This document shows, in pieces, positions 1 through 12,559 of a stretch of DNA of 64,000 nucleotides. A model generated the notes under the pieces. It was not told the DNA's origin and made no database searches. It saw only the letters and a list, made by a program, of their open reading frames with translations. Position numbers and translations under genes: made by a program. Source of the stretch: Octopus vulgaris (lineage: Eukaryota). The stretch spans positions 98,952,001 to 99,016,000 of the forward strand of contig OX597817.1 in assembly GCA_951406725.2 (NCBI GenBank), read 5' to 3'. Position 1 is the stretch's first letter. Each line of letters starts with the position of its first letter.

Positions 1-69
1 CATTGGAGGGTTTCCGTCACTAAGAAGAGAAGGTAGGTGCCTCTATATTCAAATCGCGCACACACTACA
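1..69 (+). repeat. 3' end of the 5' LTR of the Gypsy element
   Basis: Direct repeat of 3047-3115, ending ...CACACTACA. Confidence 0.9.
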
Positions 70-113
70 AGCTATTTCGGCTGTTCTTAAACATTTACAT
101 TTTTTTCAACACG

Positions 114-2745
114 ATGTCTGCAAAAATTAGGATCGCCAGTGACGTCGTCAGACCTTTTAATGGCGAAGGCGATGTAGTGGCCTGGATTCGCAAAATCAGG
201 CTGGTGGCAAGGCTGCAGGCAATTGTGGCCGAACGCGTGATAGATGGAGTTGATGTGGTGATGGGGATGGATGCCATCAACTGCCTCGGTGGCGTCAGTG
301 TTGTGGGAAATGAGGTCATGTTCGGAAGCATGGGGGTGTCGTGCACTGCGAGTCAGGATCGCCAGAGAGAGCAGAGCCCCGCGAGGGACTGCGCCACTTA
401 CACCATCGAGGACAAAGACTTTCAGGCGGCGTTCGATGGTCAGCGGTGGACGATAGAGAGGCGATGGAAGGATGAGCCCCCTACACTGGAGAACAGGGTG
501 AGCTGTTACCAGCATACCCTGAAAGGCCACGCCAGGGTCGAGTTTGAAGACGAGGTGGAGAGGTGGATCGAGGAAGGGGTCCTTGTCCCTTGGAAGGAGG
601 AGGTAGCGGGCAGAGTGCTACCCCTGATGGGGGTGGTGCAGCCTACGAAGGGAAAAGTCAGACCGGTGCTGGACTTCAGGGAGCTAAACCAGCACATATC
701 GTGTCACACGGTAGGTGAGGCGACAAACGTTTGTGGCGAGGCATTACGTAAGTGGAGACAGTCGACTGAGGCAGTGACGATTGTCGACTTGAGATCGGCA
801 TACTTGCAGCTCCATGTGAGCGACAAACTGTGGCGATATCAGCTGGTGCGGTATAAGGGCCGGACGTACTGTCTAACCAGGCTGGGTTTCGGGCTGAATT
901 CCGCTCCGAAGATCATGGCGGCAGTGCTTAGGTCCGTCCTAGGGAAAGACGGCAAGATTAGAAAGGCCACCAGCTCCTACATTGACGACATTTTGGTGGA
1001 CGAAACTGTAGTGCCAGCCGACGAGGTAGTTAGACATCTGGAGAAGTTCGGACTGATTGCTAAGCCACCGGACTCGATTGAAGGGGGAGCCGCGCTGGGG
1101 CTGAAGCTGCGAAGAGATGGATCAGGTGAATTGGTGTTCCGGAGAGGAAATGAAATCCCAGAGCTGAGTTCCAGCGTCAGCAGGAGAGAGCTGTTCTCGG
1201 TGTGTGGGAAGTTGGTCGGTCACTATCCGATCGCTGGATGGCTGCGCACGGCGTGTAGTTACACCAAGAGACGAGCAGAAGGAGAGAGGTGGGGCGACAA
1301 GGTGGGAGAAGGGACGGTGGCGATGATGCAGGAAATCCTAGAGAGGACAAGAGCGGAAGACCCGGTCAGGGGGAACTGGTACGTGCCCAAGACAAAATGC
1401 TGGACCGTCTGGTGTGATGCTAGCAGTATAGCGATAGGGGTGGTGTTGGCAATCGAAGGCACTGCGGTGGAGGACGCGGCCTGGCTTCGGAAAGCAGATG
1501 ATTTCAACCACATCAATGTTGCCGAATTAGACGCGCTGCTGAAAGGGGTGAACTTGGCCTTGAAATGGGGACTGCGCACGATTGAAATCCGGACGGATTC
1601 GGCCACTGTGCTTGGCTGGGTAGGATCGGTGATCACCGGTGACAGGAGAGTGCGGACGAAAGGTGCTGCGGAGATGTTAGTGAAGCGCCGTCTAGGAGTT
1701 CTAGGTGAATTGATCGCCGAGTTTGGACTGAAGCTGAACGTGGTTTTCGAGCCTTCGGAGAAAAACAGGGCGGACGTACTAACCAGGGTGAAAAGAGCGT
1801 GGTTGGAAGAACCGGAGGCCCGGAAAGGGATAGCTGCGCGTGTCGGTTGGATGACTCTGAACTGAAGAAACTGCATGCTATGCATTACCTGGGTGTGGAC
1901 AGGACCCTGTTACTGCCGAAAAAAATTGATGCTGACATCACTAGGAGAAGCGTCCGAAAGGTGGTCGGGAGCTGCGACAGGTGTCAGTCCATCGACCCTT
2001 TCCGTGTGGGCATGAACAGGGAAGCCTTTCCGTGGAGGAGAACTGGAAAAGGCTAGCTGTGGATGTGAAACACTACCGTCAGCGAATGTACCTCTCCATG
2101 GTCGACTGCGGGCCGGGCCGGCTGGCCATTTGGAGGGAGTTGAGATCAGGCATTGCTGACGAGATCGCGCAGATCCTGAACGGGATATTTTTAGAGAGAG
2201 GTCCCGTGGAAGAACTACTGATGGACAACGGGGCGGCGTTTCGTTCGGAAGCATTGAGGGTTATGCTTGATCGGTGGAATGTGCGACGCTTGTTCAGAGC
2301 AGCATATAGGCTGAGTGGTAACGGGATAGTGGAGAGGCACCATCGGACTGTCAAGGCCATAGCGGAAAGAGGGCACATTTCGCCGCTTGAAGCAGTTTTT
2401 TGGTACAACTTGTCTCCCCGATCCGGACAGGCTGAGGAATCTGTGCCGCAGAGAGCTGTGTTCAAATATGAATGGAGGCACCCGAGCAAAGCGCCGGAGG
2501 GTCACGAGGAAGAGAAGGGACCCGTTCGCATGAAAATAGGGGAGGAAGTCTGGGTCAAGCCACCAAAGGCGCGCTGTACATCTCAATGGAGCAGAGGGAC
2601 GGTGACGGCGATCAATTCCAGAAACAACGTGTCCGTAGATGGAACACCACGACACGTCTTGGACCCTCGCAGGATTGTCGCTTCGACGGACGATGATTCT
2701 GGCGAGGGGGAGAACGAGGAGCCCAGCTTGAGAAGATCTCGATGA
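114..2745 (+). pseudogene. pol: Gypsy gag(N-term)/pol polyprotein with two frameshifts (~1850, ~2000)
   Basis: Protease C-half DVVMGMD; RT motifs VLDFRELN, VDLRSAYLQ, GFGLNSAP, YIDDILV; RNase H CDASS, NVAELDA, RTDS, NRADVLTR; integrase HHCC (HAMH...CDRC) and D-D-E (LAVDV, LMDNGAAF, GIVERHHRT) spread over ORFs 114-1865, 1799-2056 and 1981-2745. Confidence 0.93.
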
Positions 2746-2821
2746 GCAAGGCGCTCTCCCGGTTGGATGGTGGACTACAACATGGAGCGGAGAGATTGTG
2801 ATCTTTAAGATCAGGGTGGCG

Positions 2822-3115
2822 TGTGGGATGACGTCAGCAGCTGGACGTCAGCAGCCGGGTGCGTTGACCGGAAGCTGGGGCAACTGGAAGGGGTCAGCCG
2901 TCAGGCGTGCGCAGGGAGCGGGGAATTGCTCCCTTTCCAACATGTGTCGTGCAGGTGACAAGACGTGTGAGGACGTCGCTAAGGGTTTGGGCTAGCAGCT
3001 GCTATTGTTAGGGTTCGGGTCGGGGCTGTGTGGAAGGACTAGTCACCACTGGAGGGTCTCCGTCACTAAGAAGAGAAGGTAGGTGCCTCTATATTCAAAT
3101 CGTGCACACACTACA
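2822..3115 (+). repeat. 3' LTR of the Gypsy element
   Basis: TG...CA termini; its last 69 bp repeat 1-69. Confidence 0.88.
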
Positions 3116-3207
3116 GTTTCTCCCATTGTTTTGATTTTCCATAGATGATTATATAACTATGTGTGTTATGTATGAGTGCTGGTGTTTATAATATGTGTTT
3201 GTGTGCT

Positions 3208-3272
3208 TATGTAGCTGTGTGGTAAGAAATATGCTGTTCAACCACATGGTTCCAGATTCAGTCCTACTGCAT
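3208..3272 (+). mobile_element. 5' head fragment of a tRNA-derived SINE
   Basis: GCTGTGTGGTAAG...AACCACATGGTTCCAGATTCAGTCC resembles the heads of the SINE copies at 28.2, 53.4 and 54.7 kb (A/B-box-like). Confidence 0.6.
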
Positions 3273-3286
3273 GTATGCATACATAT

Positions 3287-3375
<89 letters not shown>

Positions 3376-3385
3376 TGTATGTATA

Positions 3386-3419
<34 letters not shown>

Positions 3420-3437
3420 TTTTTTATTTTATAGAAG

Positions 3438-3490
3438 TAGCTTCTACAGGACTAGAACTGTTTCATTCAAAAGAAATCATCAGGAAGCTA
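3438..3490 (-). ncRNA. Type I hammerhead ribozyme (predicted)
   Basis: Minus strand: TAGCTTC CTGATGA T-TTC TTTT GAA-T GAAA CAG TTCTAGTC CTG TA GAAGCTA; 7-bp stem I, GUA triplet; followed by poly(A). Confidence 0.75.
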
Positions 3491-3825
3491 GGTGACAAGA
3501 ATAGTTTTGGCATTTATACATTTAGGCAGATTTAAAGTGGTGGTGGTGGGGGACTTTTTGGGGTAGGCATGGCGCAAACTGTCTTTCTTAGGGGAGTGGT
3601 CAAAAGAATCAGTGATAAAGTAGATAAAAGAATAAATAGAATAAAGAAGAAGACTATCACTTATATATATATATACATATATATATATATACATACATAT
3701 ATATATATATATATATACATATACACACATACATACATATATATATATATGCACCCATATACATACATATACGTACACACCCATACACATACTCATACAT
3801 ACACACATACATATATCCATACACT

Positions 3826-3859
<34 letters not shown>

Positions 3860-3986
3860 AATACACACACACATACATGCCAACATGCAAGCACATGCAC
3901 ACATATATACACACACATATATATATAAAAAAGAATATACACCCCCATACACACACGCTCACATATATATATACACACATATATAT

Positions 3987-4019
<33 letters not shown>

Positions 4020-4583
4020 CATATATACATACATATACATATGTATATACATGCACACATATACACACCCATTTCTTCCCTTATTTTATTTTATTTTTAT
4101 TTTGACCTCGACCTATGAGGCCGCGGCACTGAAGTAAGACCCTCCGGAGGGAGCTAGCCGGCCTAAAAAAACCATTTATTGCCCCTCTTCCTTCCTTTCT
4201 ATCTTTCTTTCCACTGATACGAACACAAACACTCATACACGCACACACACTCACGCGCACACTCATCCACATACACAAATGCACGTGTTCTATGTATACA
4301 CATACATATACACACACAAGTACACATATTCATACATACATAAGTGTACCGACTTTCACATAAACGTACACATGACTATGTCCACACAAAACCACATATA
4401 TAAATAGTCCATATATATACACAAATATATATATATATATATACACACACATACACGTACACATATACCTACATATACGTACACATATATACTTACACCA
4501 GTCGTATACATACCTACATACACATACATCCATATATATTTATACATATACATACACATATATAAACACATGCACATATATAT

Positions 4584-4649
<66 letters not shown>

Positions 4650-4766
4650 GTGTATGTATATGTATAAATATATATGGATGTATGTGTATGTAGGTATGTA
4701 TACGACTGGTGTAAGTATATATGTGTATGTATATGTAGGTATATGCGTACGTGTATGAGTAGTATA

Positions 4767-5228
4767 GGGGTGGTGTCCAATCTTAGATTTCCTCATTCTG
4801 TTAATCTTTGTAATTGCAGAAATAAAAATAAATGTGTATTTGGTAATCAATGCCTCAGGAAGGAGGTAGTTTACCAATGCACTGTAGATACACAATTGAG
4901 TAGTAGGGTGTATATCGGGGCAACTATGAATAGCATAAAACAAAGATGGAATTATCACAGATATACTTTTAGGAATAAAAATAGAATGTACTCTACAGGG
5001 CTAAGTGCATACATTTGGGAACTTAAAAGTAAGAACTTAGATTTTAGATTAAACTGGAAAATACTAACTTCAGCACCTGTGTATAATGGAAAAAATAAAA
5101 AATGCTCTCTATGTATTAATGAAATTTTCTTCATTATTAAAGCGGGTCGGCAAATTATTAACAACATTAATGAAAAAAACTTCTTTTGTATTCATAGGCT
5201 ACCGTTCACCTTTTCTAGATTCAAATAG
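4767..5228 (+). pseudogene. PLE GIY-YIG endonuclease domain (C-terminal remnant)
   Basis: CNCRNKNKC...VVYQC...VYIGAT...KQRWNYH...STGLSAYIWELK...CSLCINE...CIHR; the annotated N-terminus (4674-4766) is microsatellite. Confidence 0.85.
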
Positions 5229-6939
5229 AACTTAGCACTTCCACTATTATTAATTTTTAATTCCCTTCTTTAACTAAATATACCTGTGGTCTTCTATAAT
5301 TCTAAAGTATACAATTTATAAATTTTATAATTTTATAATTTTTATAGCTACATTTGTATAATAATTAATGGATGTCTAGTATTATTGGTTTCTTGTTTTT
5401 TGTATGTGGATTTTTGTTTGTTTTTTAAGAGAAATGCAATATGACATAAAATAACATATTCATTTTGGTATTTGCCTTGTAATATGTGATTTTTGAAGTT
5501 TTCCAATATTGCATAGTATATTGCATAGTATATATATATATCTTGGTTAGATACCTAGCTCTGGATAATGTAATGATATTGTATAATATGTAATATATGA
5601 GAGCCTTTTGTGAGTTTGGTGGGTTTAGGTTGAGATTATAGGTTTTTTGTATGTGTTTATTTGGAAGGTTTTTATTGTATATTTGGTCTTTTTTGTACTC
5701 ACCTTAATTTGTATCTTATGCTATTCACTGATAAACCTTTTTCATTTTTTTCATTTTCTCATTTACATGCATTTTGCTTTATAATTATTACCAGCCTTAT
5801 ATATTTAGTTTTATATCTATAGTCCTCTGGATCTGTACTTTAAACTATCCTTCCATACATATTTACTTTCAACAATATAACATATATATTCACTTTATTC
5901 ATTTTTTATTTATTTTCCATTTTATTGTAATGTTATCAATCTTTGCATCTAGTCTTCTATTTATTTATTTATTTGCCTATTTAGGTGTAGATGTTTACAT
6001 ACATATCAAGTCATCTAATTTGTTACCTATTTATTTTTTTACTTATTTACTTATACTGGGGTAGTTTTATACATACATATCTATCATTTATTTTTATTTA
6101 ATTTTAATAATATATGAATACATATATACTGGTTTGTACTTATAATTATGTGTATAACCGTATTTATTCCTTCGTATTTATTCCTTCTTATTTATTTTAT
6201 CACTTTTCATCTTAAGTCTTTATAATATAAAATTTATTTAAAATTTCTGTGATGTTCTCATAAGCGTTTACATTAGTACTTCCCCTTCTATTTTTTAATG
6301 CCTAAACTGGTATATTATGGCACTATATTTATTAAGTTAATAAGTGACTTATTTATAATATTTAAATTAATATATATTTTATATTTTATATTTTATAATT
6401 TAGCGTACTTAAAATCATAACAAACTTACGATAAATCTAACAACCGTATGTTTACTCTGCAACAAACCGGTGTTATAAATTTTAAGTTACCCATGAAATA
6501 ATTATCTGACTTAGTAACATACTGTTATTTAAAAATATATTTATATCTAAATTAAATATTTTATGGAATGCATGGATGGTTCTTTTTTTGTTATTGAGGC
6601 ACAGTTATAATTTTGAAGGACTAAATGGTAGCATAGTTGCTTCCCTTTTTTGTTTATCTAAGTGCTAGTTGTTGCTTGTGATTATGTATGTGTATAAGTG
6701 TATGTATATACATATAACTATATGTGTATGTGCGATTGATCTGTAGATGCGTGTGTGAATATTGGCGTTCCCTGACTAACCAACCGTATAATTTTCTTTT
6801 GTGATTTAAATTTCAAACCAATAGCCAATCGAATTAATCTAAATTTTCTTTACCTAGTGGTCAGCATTTCTTAACTCATAGTTATTTCGATCTTGAAAGG
6901 ATGGACTTGGTGCTAACTTAACTGTATCTATTTTTATTA

Positions 6940-6995
<56 letters not shown>

Positions 6996-7366
6996 TATTA
7001 TTATTATTATTAATATTAATAGTAATTTTTATTAACTTTTATAGCTTTAGAATTTTATGAACTGTACCATGGTTTTAATTATTATTTTTCATCTCCATAT
7101 GTGTTAGCCTTTTTTTTTTTTTTTTTTATAAAAATAACTATTAGCCAAATATGTATAATATCGGTACTTATTAATATTAATATATACACTGTTATATATT
7201 TTGTTTTATTTTGTTCTGTTTACCTTCCTTTTTTGTACAAATGTGTATTATATTATATAAGTGTAGCATTATGATGTATAAGTTTTTATATTTTACATTT
7301 TTATATTTTTATATTTATATGTATATGATTATATAATATTTTTCACTATTATAATAAATTTAATTT

Positions 7367-7482
7367 AATTCTCTGAAGAGGCCGTGGGGCATCCTTGTTA
7401 ATGCCTCATTTATACCTGCCTTTATGGCTTATAGGTTAAATGAGGTATGACTGCCCTCACTGCCGAAACAGCTGTCAGTTTT
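7367..7482 (+). ncRNA. Hammerhead-like motif with long stem II and minimal palindromic stem III
   Basis: CTGAAGA (7373) - GGCCGTGGGGCA...GCCTCATTTA/TAAATGAGGT...TGCCCTCACTGCC - GAAA (7465) C AGCT GTC; stem I is weak. Confidence 0.6.
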
Positions 7483-7675
7483 TGATTTATTTGCATATTA
7501 TATTTGAAATTTTTTACTTATATCTCTTTATCTTTTTACTATTACTGTATATCTCATTTCATTTTATATATTGCCTTTACTCATATGTAATGATGTATTA
7601 AAGTATGGATTGAGTATCATCGGATAGTTGATGTTTTACTGATTTAAGTATGTTTCTCCATTCTCTAATTTTGTA

Positions 7676-7715
<40 letters not shown>

Positions 7716-8176
7716 GTATATATATGGACTATTTATATATGTGGTTTTGTGTGGACATAGTCATGTGTACGTTTATGTGAAAGTCGGTACACTTATGTAT
7801 GTATGAATATGTGTACTTGTGTGTGTATATGTATGTGTATACATAGAACACGTGCGTTTGTGTATGTGGATGAGTGTGCGCATGAGTGTGTGTGCGTGTG
7901 TGAGTGTTTGTGTTTGTATCAGTGAGAAGAAAGATAGAAAGGAAGGGAGAGGGGCAATAAATGGTTTTTTTAGGCCGGCTAGCTCCCTCGGGAGGGTCTT
8001 ACTTCAGTGCTTGCATGTTAACATGTATGTGTGTGTGTATTTGTAATATATATATATATGTGAGTGTATGGATATATGTATGTGTGTATGTATGAGTATG
8101 TGTATGGGTGTGTACGTATATGTATGTATACGTATATGTATGTATATGGGTGCATATATATATGTATGTATGTGTG

Positions 8177-8215
<39 letters not shown>

Positions 8216-8404
8216 ATATATATATATGTATATATATATAAGTGATAGTCTTCTTATTTATTCTATTTATTCTTTTATCTACTTTATCACTGATTCTTTT
8301 GACCACTCCCCTAAGAAAGACAGTTTGCGCCATGCCTACCCCAAAAAGTCCCCCACCACCACCACTTTAAATCTGCCTAAATGTATAAATGCCAAAACTA
8401 TTCT

Positions 8405-8455
8405 AGCTTCCTGATGATTTCTTTTGAATGAAACAGTTCTAGTCCTGTAGAAGCT
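8405..8455 (+). ncRNA. Type I hammerhead ribozyme (predicted), inverted twin of 3438-3490
   Basis: AGCTTC CTGATGA tTTC tttt GAAt GAAA CAG ttctagtc CTG TA GAAGCT; predicted cleavage after 8449. Confidence 0.75.
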
Positions 8456-8537
8456 CCTTCTATAAAATAAATTAATTTACTCTGCTATGTATTGAGTACC
8501 TTATTTACTGTGGTTAACCCCGACTCAACCCGGGACC

Positions 8538-8583
<46 letters not shown>

Positions 8584-8882
8584 AATATATATGTACATAT
8601 ATATATACATATACACATATATACATATACATACATAAATATATATGTACATATATATATACATATACACATATATACATACACACATATATACATAAAT
8701 ATACATACATATATATACATACAAATATATAAATATATACATATAAAAGGTTGAGTTCTATTTCATCCTGTACTCTGGGTGGAGGGTTCCAAAGGTTGAT
8801 TTCTAATAAAGATTCTTCATATTTTATTGGTAGTTTACTGTTGTAAGAATTTTGTGAATATGAAAATGCTACAAGTATATTG

Positions 8883-9310
8883 TGTGTTATGAGAATTTAT
8901 AGAACAAATATCCAAGAAATTGTTAAAAGATGAAGAATAGAAGATGTTAAAAATTTGAAAAGAATTTAATCCATGCATATGATCTTATCTTTATAACGAT
9001 ATTATGTATATCCGAATATGTTATGTTATGTTATGTTACACTCATTACATCAAGTCTTCTGTTACAATAATAATATTATTTTTTTGATGTATTTTTTTTT
9101 TTGAGCGAGGAGAACAGTAATATGTAACTAATTTAATTATAATTAAATTAATGCCTAATTTTTCTACCACGTTATTTACATGTTTATATTGCTGTTCGAA
9201 ATGATAGTATGCATGGATTAAATTCTTTTCAAACTTATAACATCTTCTCCATCTTTTAACAGTTTTTTGAGTTTCTATAAGATATTTGTTCTATAAATTC
9301 TCATAACACA
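8883..9310. mobile_element. MITE with ~100-bp terminal inverted repeats
   Basis: TGTGTTATGAGAATTTATAGAACAAATATC (8883-8912) vs its reverse complement at 9281-9310; similarity extends to 8979/9208. Confidence 0.7.
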
Positions 9311-9319
9311 CCTTATATA

Positions 9320-9361
<42 letters not shown>

Positions 9362-9454
9362 GTGTAATAAATAAAATATATGCATACATACATACATATA
9401 TGTACGTACCTACATTTACATGTATATATACATGCATATATAAATATATATACG

Positions 9455-10090
9455 TGAGTACAGGATACCACAAATAGACGCAGAACTCAACGAGAACGAA
9501 AACGTAAAAACAAGCATGGAACGAACCTTTTTTTTACAAAGAAAAAACAGAGTACTAGACAAACTACACAAGGAAAAATCCCCTTCATCAGCTGTCCCTA
9601 GTTCAACTCCAGCGTGTTTCGAAGGTGAGGACAGAACAAGACTCGTCGAACTAGCCCTTCCTGCAAAGAAATTAAAGGAAATTACTTCGCAGAGGGGTAA
9701 AAACAAGGAAAGAACAAAATGTGACACAAACAGGACATAAAAATGATACAAATAAAATTACAAAATAAAATACAAAATAAAAATACAATTACAAAAAAAT
9801 ACAATACAAGAAATAAAAACACACAAGAAAACAACCAAAGAGGGCCTTTTTTGTCTAGACGAGGAGAGATTCAAGGAGCGCAAGAAAACCGTGTGTTTAC
9901 AGTTAGAAGGTCGCATGCAAAAGGAAGTATTTGGCTGGCTGTGAGAGAGATGAGGAGGAGTGAGAGAGAGAGAGAGATAGAGGAAGACAAACGGCTGTGA
10001 GAGAGATGAGGAGGAGTGAGAGAGAGAGAAAGGGAGAGAAGGGAAGGTTAAGCAAAGAGGTATAGGGTTTCACGTCATAATTATATATAA
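9455..10090 (-). mobile_element. Non-coding PLE pLTR-like repeat (family A) carrying a rearranged hammerhead
   Basis: Same layout as 55178-56035 and 56190-56465: (TA)n, A-rich segment, ribozyme motif, and a GA-rich segment as in 55178-56035. Confidence 0.5.
9579..9654 (-). ncRNA. Non-circularly permuted hammerhead candidate A
   Basis: Minus strand: CTAGTTCGAC gagtctTG TT^ CTGTCC tcaccttc GAAA CAcgctgga GTTGAACTAG GGACAG CTGATGA agggga. Confidence 0.55.
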
Positions 10091-10119
10091 AAACTGTACT
10101 GGGAGAAGAAGAAGAAAGG

Positions 10120-12392
10120 AAACGAAACATCCTTGTATCGTAAGAACCGTCTTCCCATAGACCTAGCGCCTCTTGCTAGCTCTCTGTTGAATATGTCCTT
10201 GGGGATTCTTCCATCTTCCATATGGCTAACATGTCCAAGCCATCCCATACGTCTTTGTGTGAAGAATGCAAACATGCTTGGTATTCCTGCTTGCTTGAGG
10301 ACATCTTTTTTGGGGACATGATTCTGCCATTTGATGCCAAGGATTTTCTGGAGGCAGTGCATGTGTAAGATATTTAGGCAACGATCTTGGCGTGTGTATG
10401 GCGTCCAAGTCTCACTTCCATACAGTAGAGTGCTAAGTATATATGCCTGGTAAATCTTCATTTTTGTGGTCTTGGTCAGCTTATTGTTGTCCCATACCCG
10501 TTTGGAGAGTTGGGCCATTGCAGCAGATGCCTTGCCAATGCATATATTGAACTCAGCATCAAGGGATAGGTTGTAGGTGATGGTAGAGCCAAGATAGGTA
10601 AACTTCTCCACCTCCTCTAGCCTGTGGTCTCCAATATGTATGTTTGCTCAAAACAGTTGACGAGCCTTTGTAAGGCTTCTACTGTGTGATACCAGAGCGG
10701 CATCATCAGCAAATAGCATCTCCTTGATCAGGACGCTTCTGATTTTGGTCTTGGCACGCAGACGCGAGAGATTGAACAGTTTCCCATCACTTCTACTGTG
10801 CAGAAAAACTCCATCATCTGATGTCTTAAAGGCATGTGACAGCAGCAGCAAGAAAAAGATGCCAAGTAATGTAGGAGCAAGGACACAGCCTTGCTTTACC
10901 CCATTTTTCATTTGGAAGGCGGCTGCTGTTGAACCATTGTGCTGTATGGTGCCTTGCATATCATCATGGAAAGATTTGATGATCCTCAGCAGCTTTGGTG
11001 GACATCCGATTTTTTGGAGCAAGATGAAGAGGCCTTTTCTACTTACCAAGTCAAAGGCCTTTGTCAGATCAATGTAGGCCATATATAATGGCATTTTTTG
11101 CTGTCTGGACTTCTCCTAAAGTTGGCGTATGGAGAATATCATGTCAATAGTTGATCTGCTTCTTTTAAAGCCACACTGCGATTCTGGATAAATTCGAGAA
11201 GCAAGCAGTTGCAGCCTTGACACGATAATGTGAGCAAATGTTTTTCCAACAGTGCTTAGAAGAGATATTCCACAGTAATTGTTACAATCACCACGGTCAC
11301 CTTTGTTTTTGCAAAGCGTAATGATGTTAGCATCCCGCATATCCTGAGGGACTGTACCCTCTTCCCAGCACTGACACAGAAGTTTTTGCCGGTTTTGATG
11401 ATCTCTAAGGGGATGCCGTCTTTTCCTGGAGCCTTGTTACTTGCTAGGGAGTCAATAGCCTTGGTGAGCTCTGCTATAGATGGCAGACTGTCAAGTTTGC
11501 ACATGACCGGCAAGATCTTGACACCCTTGATTGCAGCCTCAGCTACCGTGGTCTCCCGTGAGTAGAGACCCTGGTAGTACTCCACCCAACTATCCATTTG
11601 CTTGCTTTGGTCCTTGATGAGATCTCCAGTAGTTGATTTCAGAGGGGCTGACTTGGTTGCGGATGGACCGAGGGCCTTCTTCAAACCGGTATACATCCCA
11701 TGGGTGTCGCCACTGTCAGCAGCTGACTGGATACTCTGACAGATTTACTGCCAATAACTATTTGCACAGCGTCTGGCAGTCAGTTGGGTTTTATTTCTTG
11801 CTTTTCTGAGTTCTTCGAGTGACTTTGTAGAAGAATCACTCTTGTATTGCATCAGAGCTGCATGCTTTACTTTGATAACTATTTCCAGCTCTGAAAGCCC
11901 AACACTGACCCAATTTGGGTTTTGCCTTTCTCATGCCGAAAGTATCTATTGATGTGGTATACAAAGCTTCATTGATATAATTCCACCTACTTTCACCAGA
12001 GGAGGTTGGGCAGCTACAGAGGGCAACCTTGATAGAAACTGCAAAACATTTTTGCAGTGTAGGGTCCGAGGTTCTGGCAGTGTTAATGTGTGGTCGGCCC
12101 ATTTTCTTCGAGTAATGGACTTTTTTAGGCAGAATCCTCACCCTGCTTCATATTAGTGAATGATCTGAGTCACAATCTGCGCTGTGGTAACTACAGGTCT
12201 GTTGAACAGAATTCAAAAAGGATCTTCGTGTAATGATGAGATCCAGCTGATGCCAGTAGTGAGATCTTGGATGTCTCCAAGATGCCTTGTGGGATGTCTT
12301 CTTGGTAAAGGATGTGTTGGTGATGCACAGGTTATGGTATGTGCAAAATTCAAGTAGTCTCTGACCATTGCCATTCATGTTGCCAATACCAA
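10120..12392 (-). mobile_element. RTE-clade (BovB-like) LINE, degraded
   Basis: APE C-term ([29 protein letters not shown]), KAPGKDGIP, YPESQCGF, IDLTKAFDLV, GVKQGCVLAP, LFADDAAL, LLYGSETW, WLGHV. Confidence 0.92.
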
Positions 12393-12475
12393 AACACATA
12401 CACTTACATATATACATACGTATACGATTGATTTGTTTCAGTTCCAGTCTAATCCATATATATATATATACACAC

Positions 12476-12532
<57 letters not shown>

Positions 12533-12559
12533 CAACACACACAAACACACACACACACA

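Larger units (their letters stand above)
1..3115 (+). mobile_element. Ty3/Gypsy LTR retrotransposon, internally deleted, 5' LTR cut by the window edge
   Basis: 1-69 matches 3047-3115 with 3 C/T differences. 3' LTR runs TGTGGG...CTACA (2822-3115) after a purine-rich stretch. Internal domain order PR-RT-RH-INT. Confidence 0.95.
4767..7672 (+). mobile_element. 5'-truncated Penelope-like element (GIY-YIG end, long AT-rich 3' region, hammerhead-bearing end)
   Basis: GIY-YIG ORF remnant; hammerhead motif at 7373; absent from the left arm of the inverted duplication; 8-bp direct repeat GTAGTATA at 4759-4766 and 7673-7680. Confidence 0.75.
3402..8468. repeat. Large inverted duplication centred on (TA)n at ~4600; left arm 3402-4560, right arm 4648-4757 plus 7710-8468
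   Basis: 3425-3660 is the reverse complement of 8240-8468; 4127-4425 of 7710-8010; 4448-4560 of 4648-4757. Confidence 0.9.

Noticed and set aside
1259-2655. Antisense ORFs over the Gypsy pol
   Set aside because: Shadow ORFs of GC-richer coding sequence; no motifs.
4103-4165. GC-rich segment (minus strand GGCCGGCTAGCTCCCTCCGGAGGG...) as an HDV-like ribozyme
   Set aside because: Could not build the nested double pseudoknot or place the catalytic C.
9598-9654. Reading copies A/B/C as ordinary type I hammerheads using the upstream NNGACGA as core
   Set aside because: That upstream element is not conserved (TCGACGA, TTGACGA, GGAGCGA), whereas the downstream CTGA(T/A)GA is invariant and sits next to a covarying stem I.
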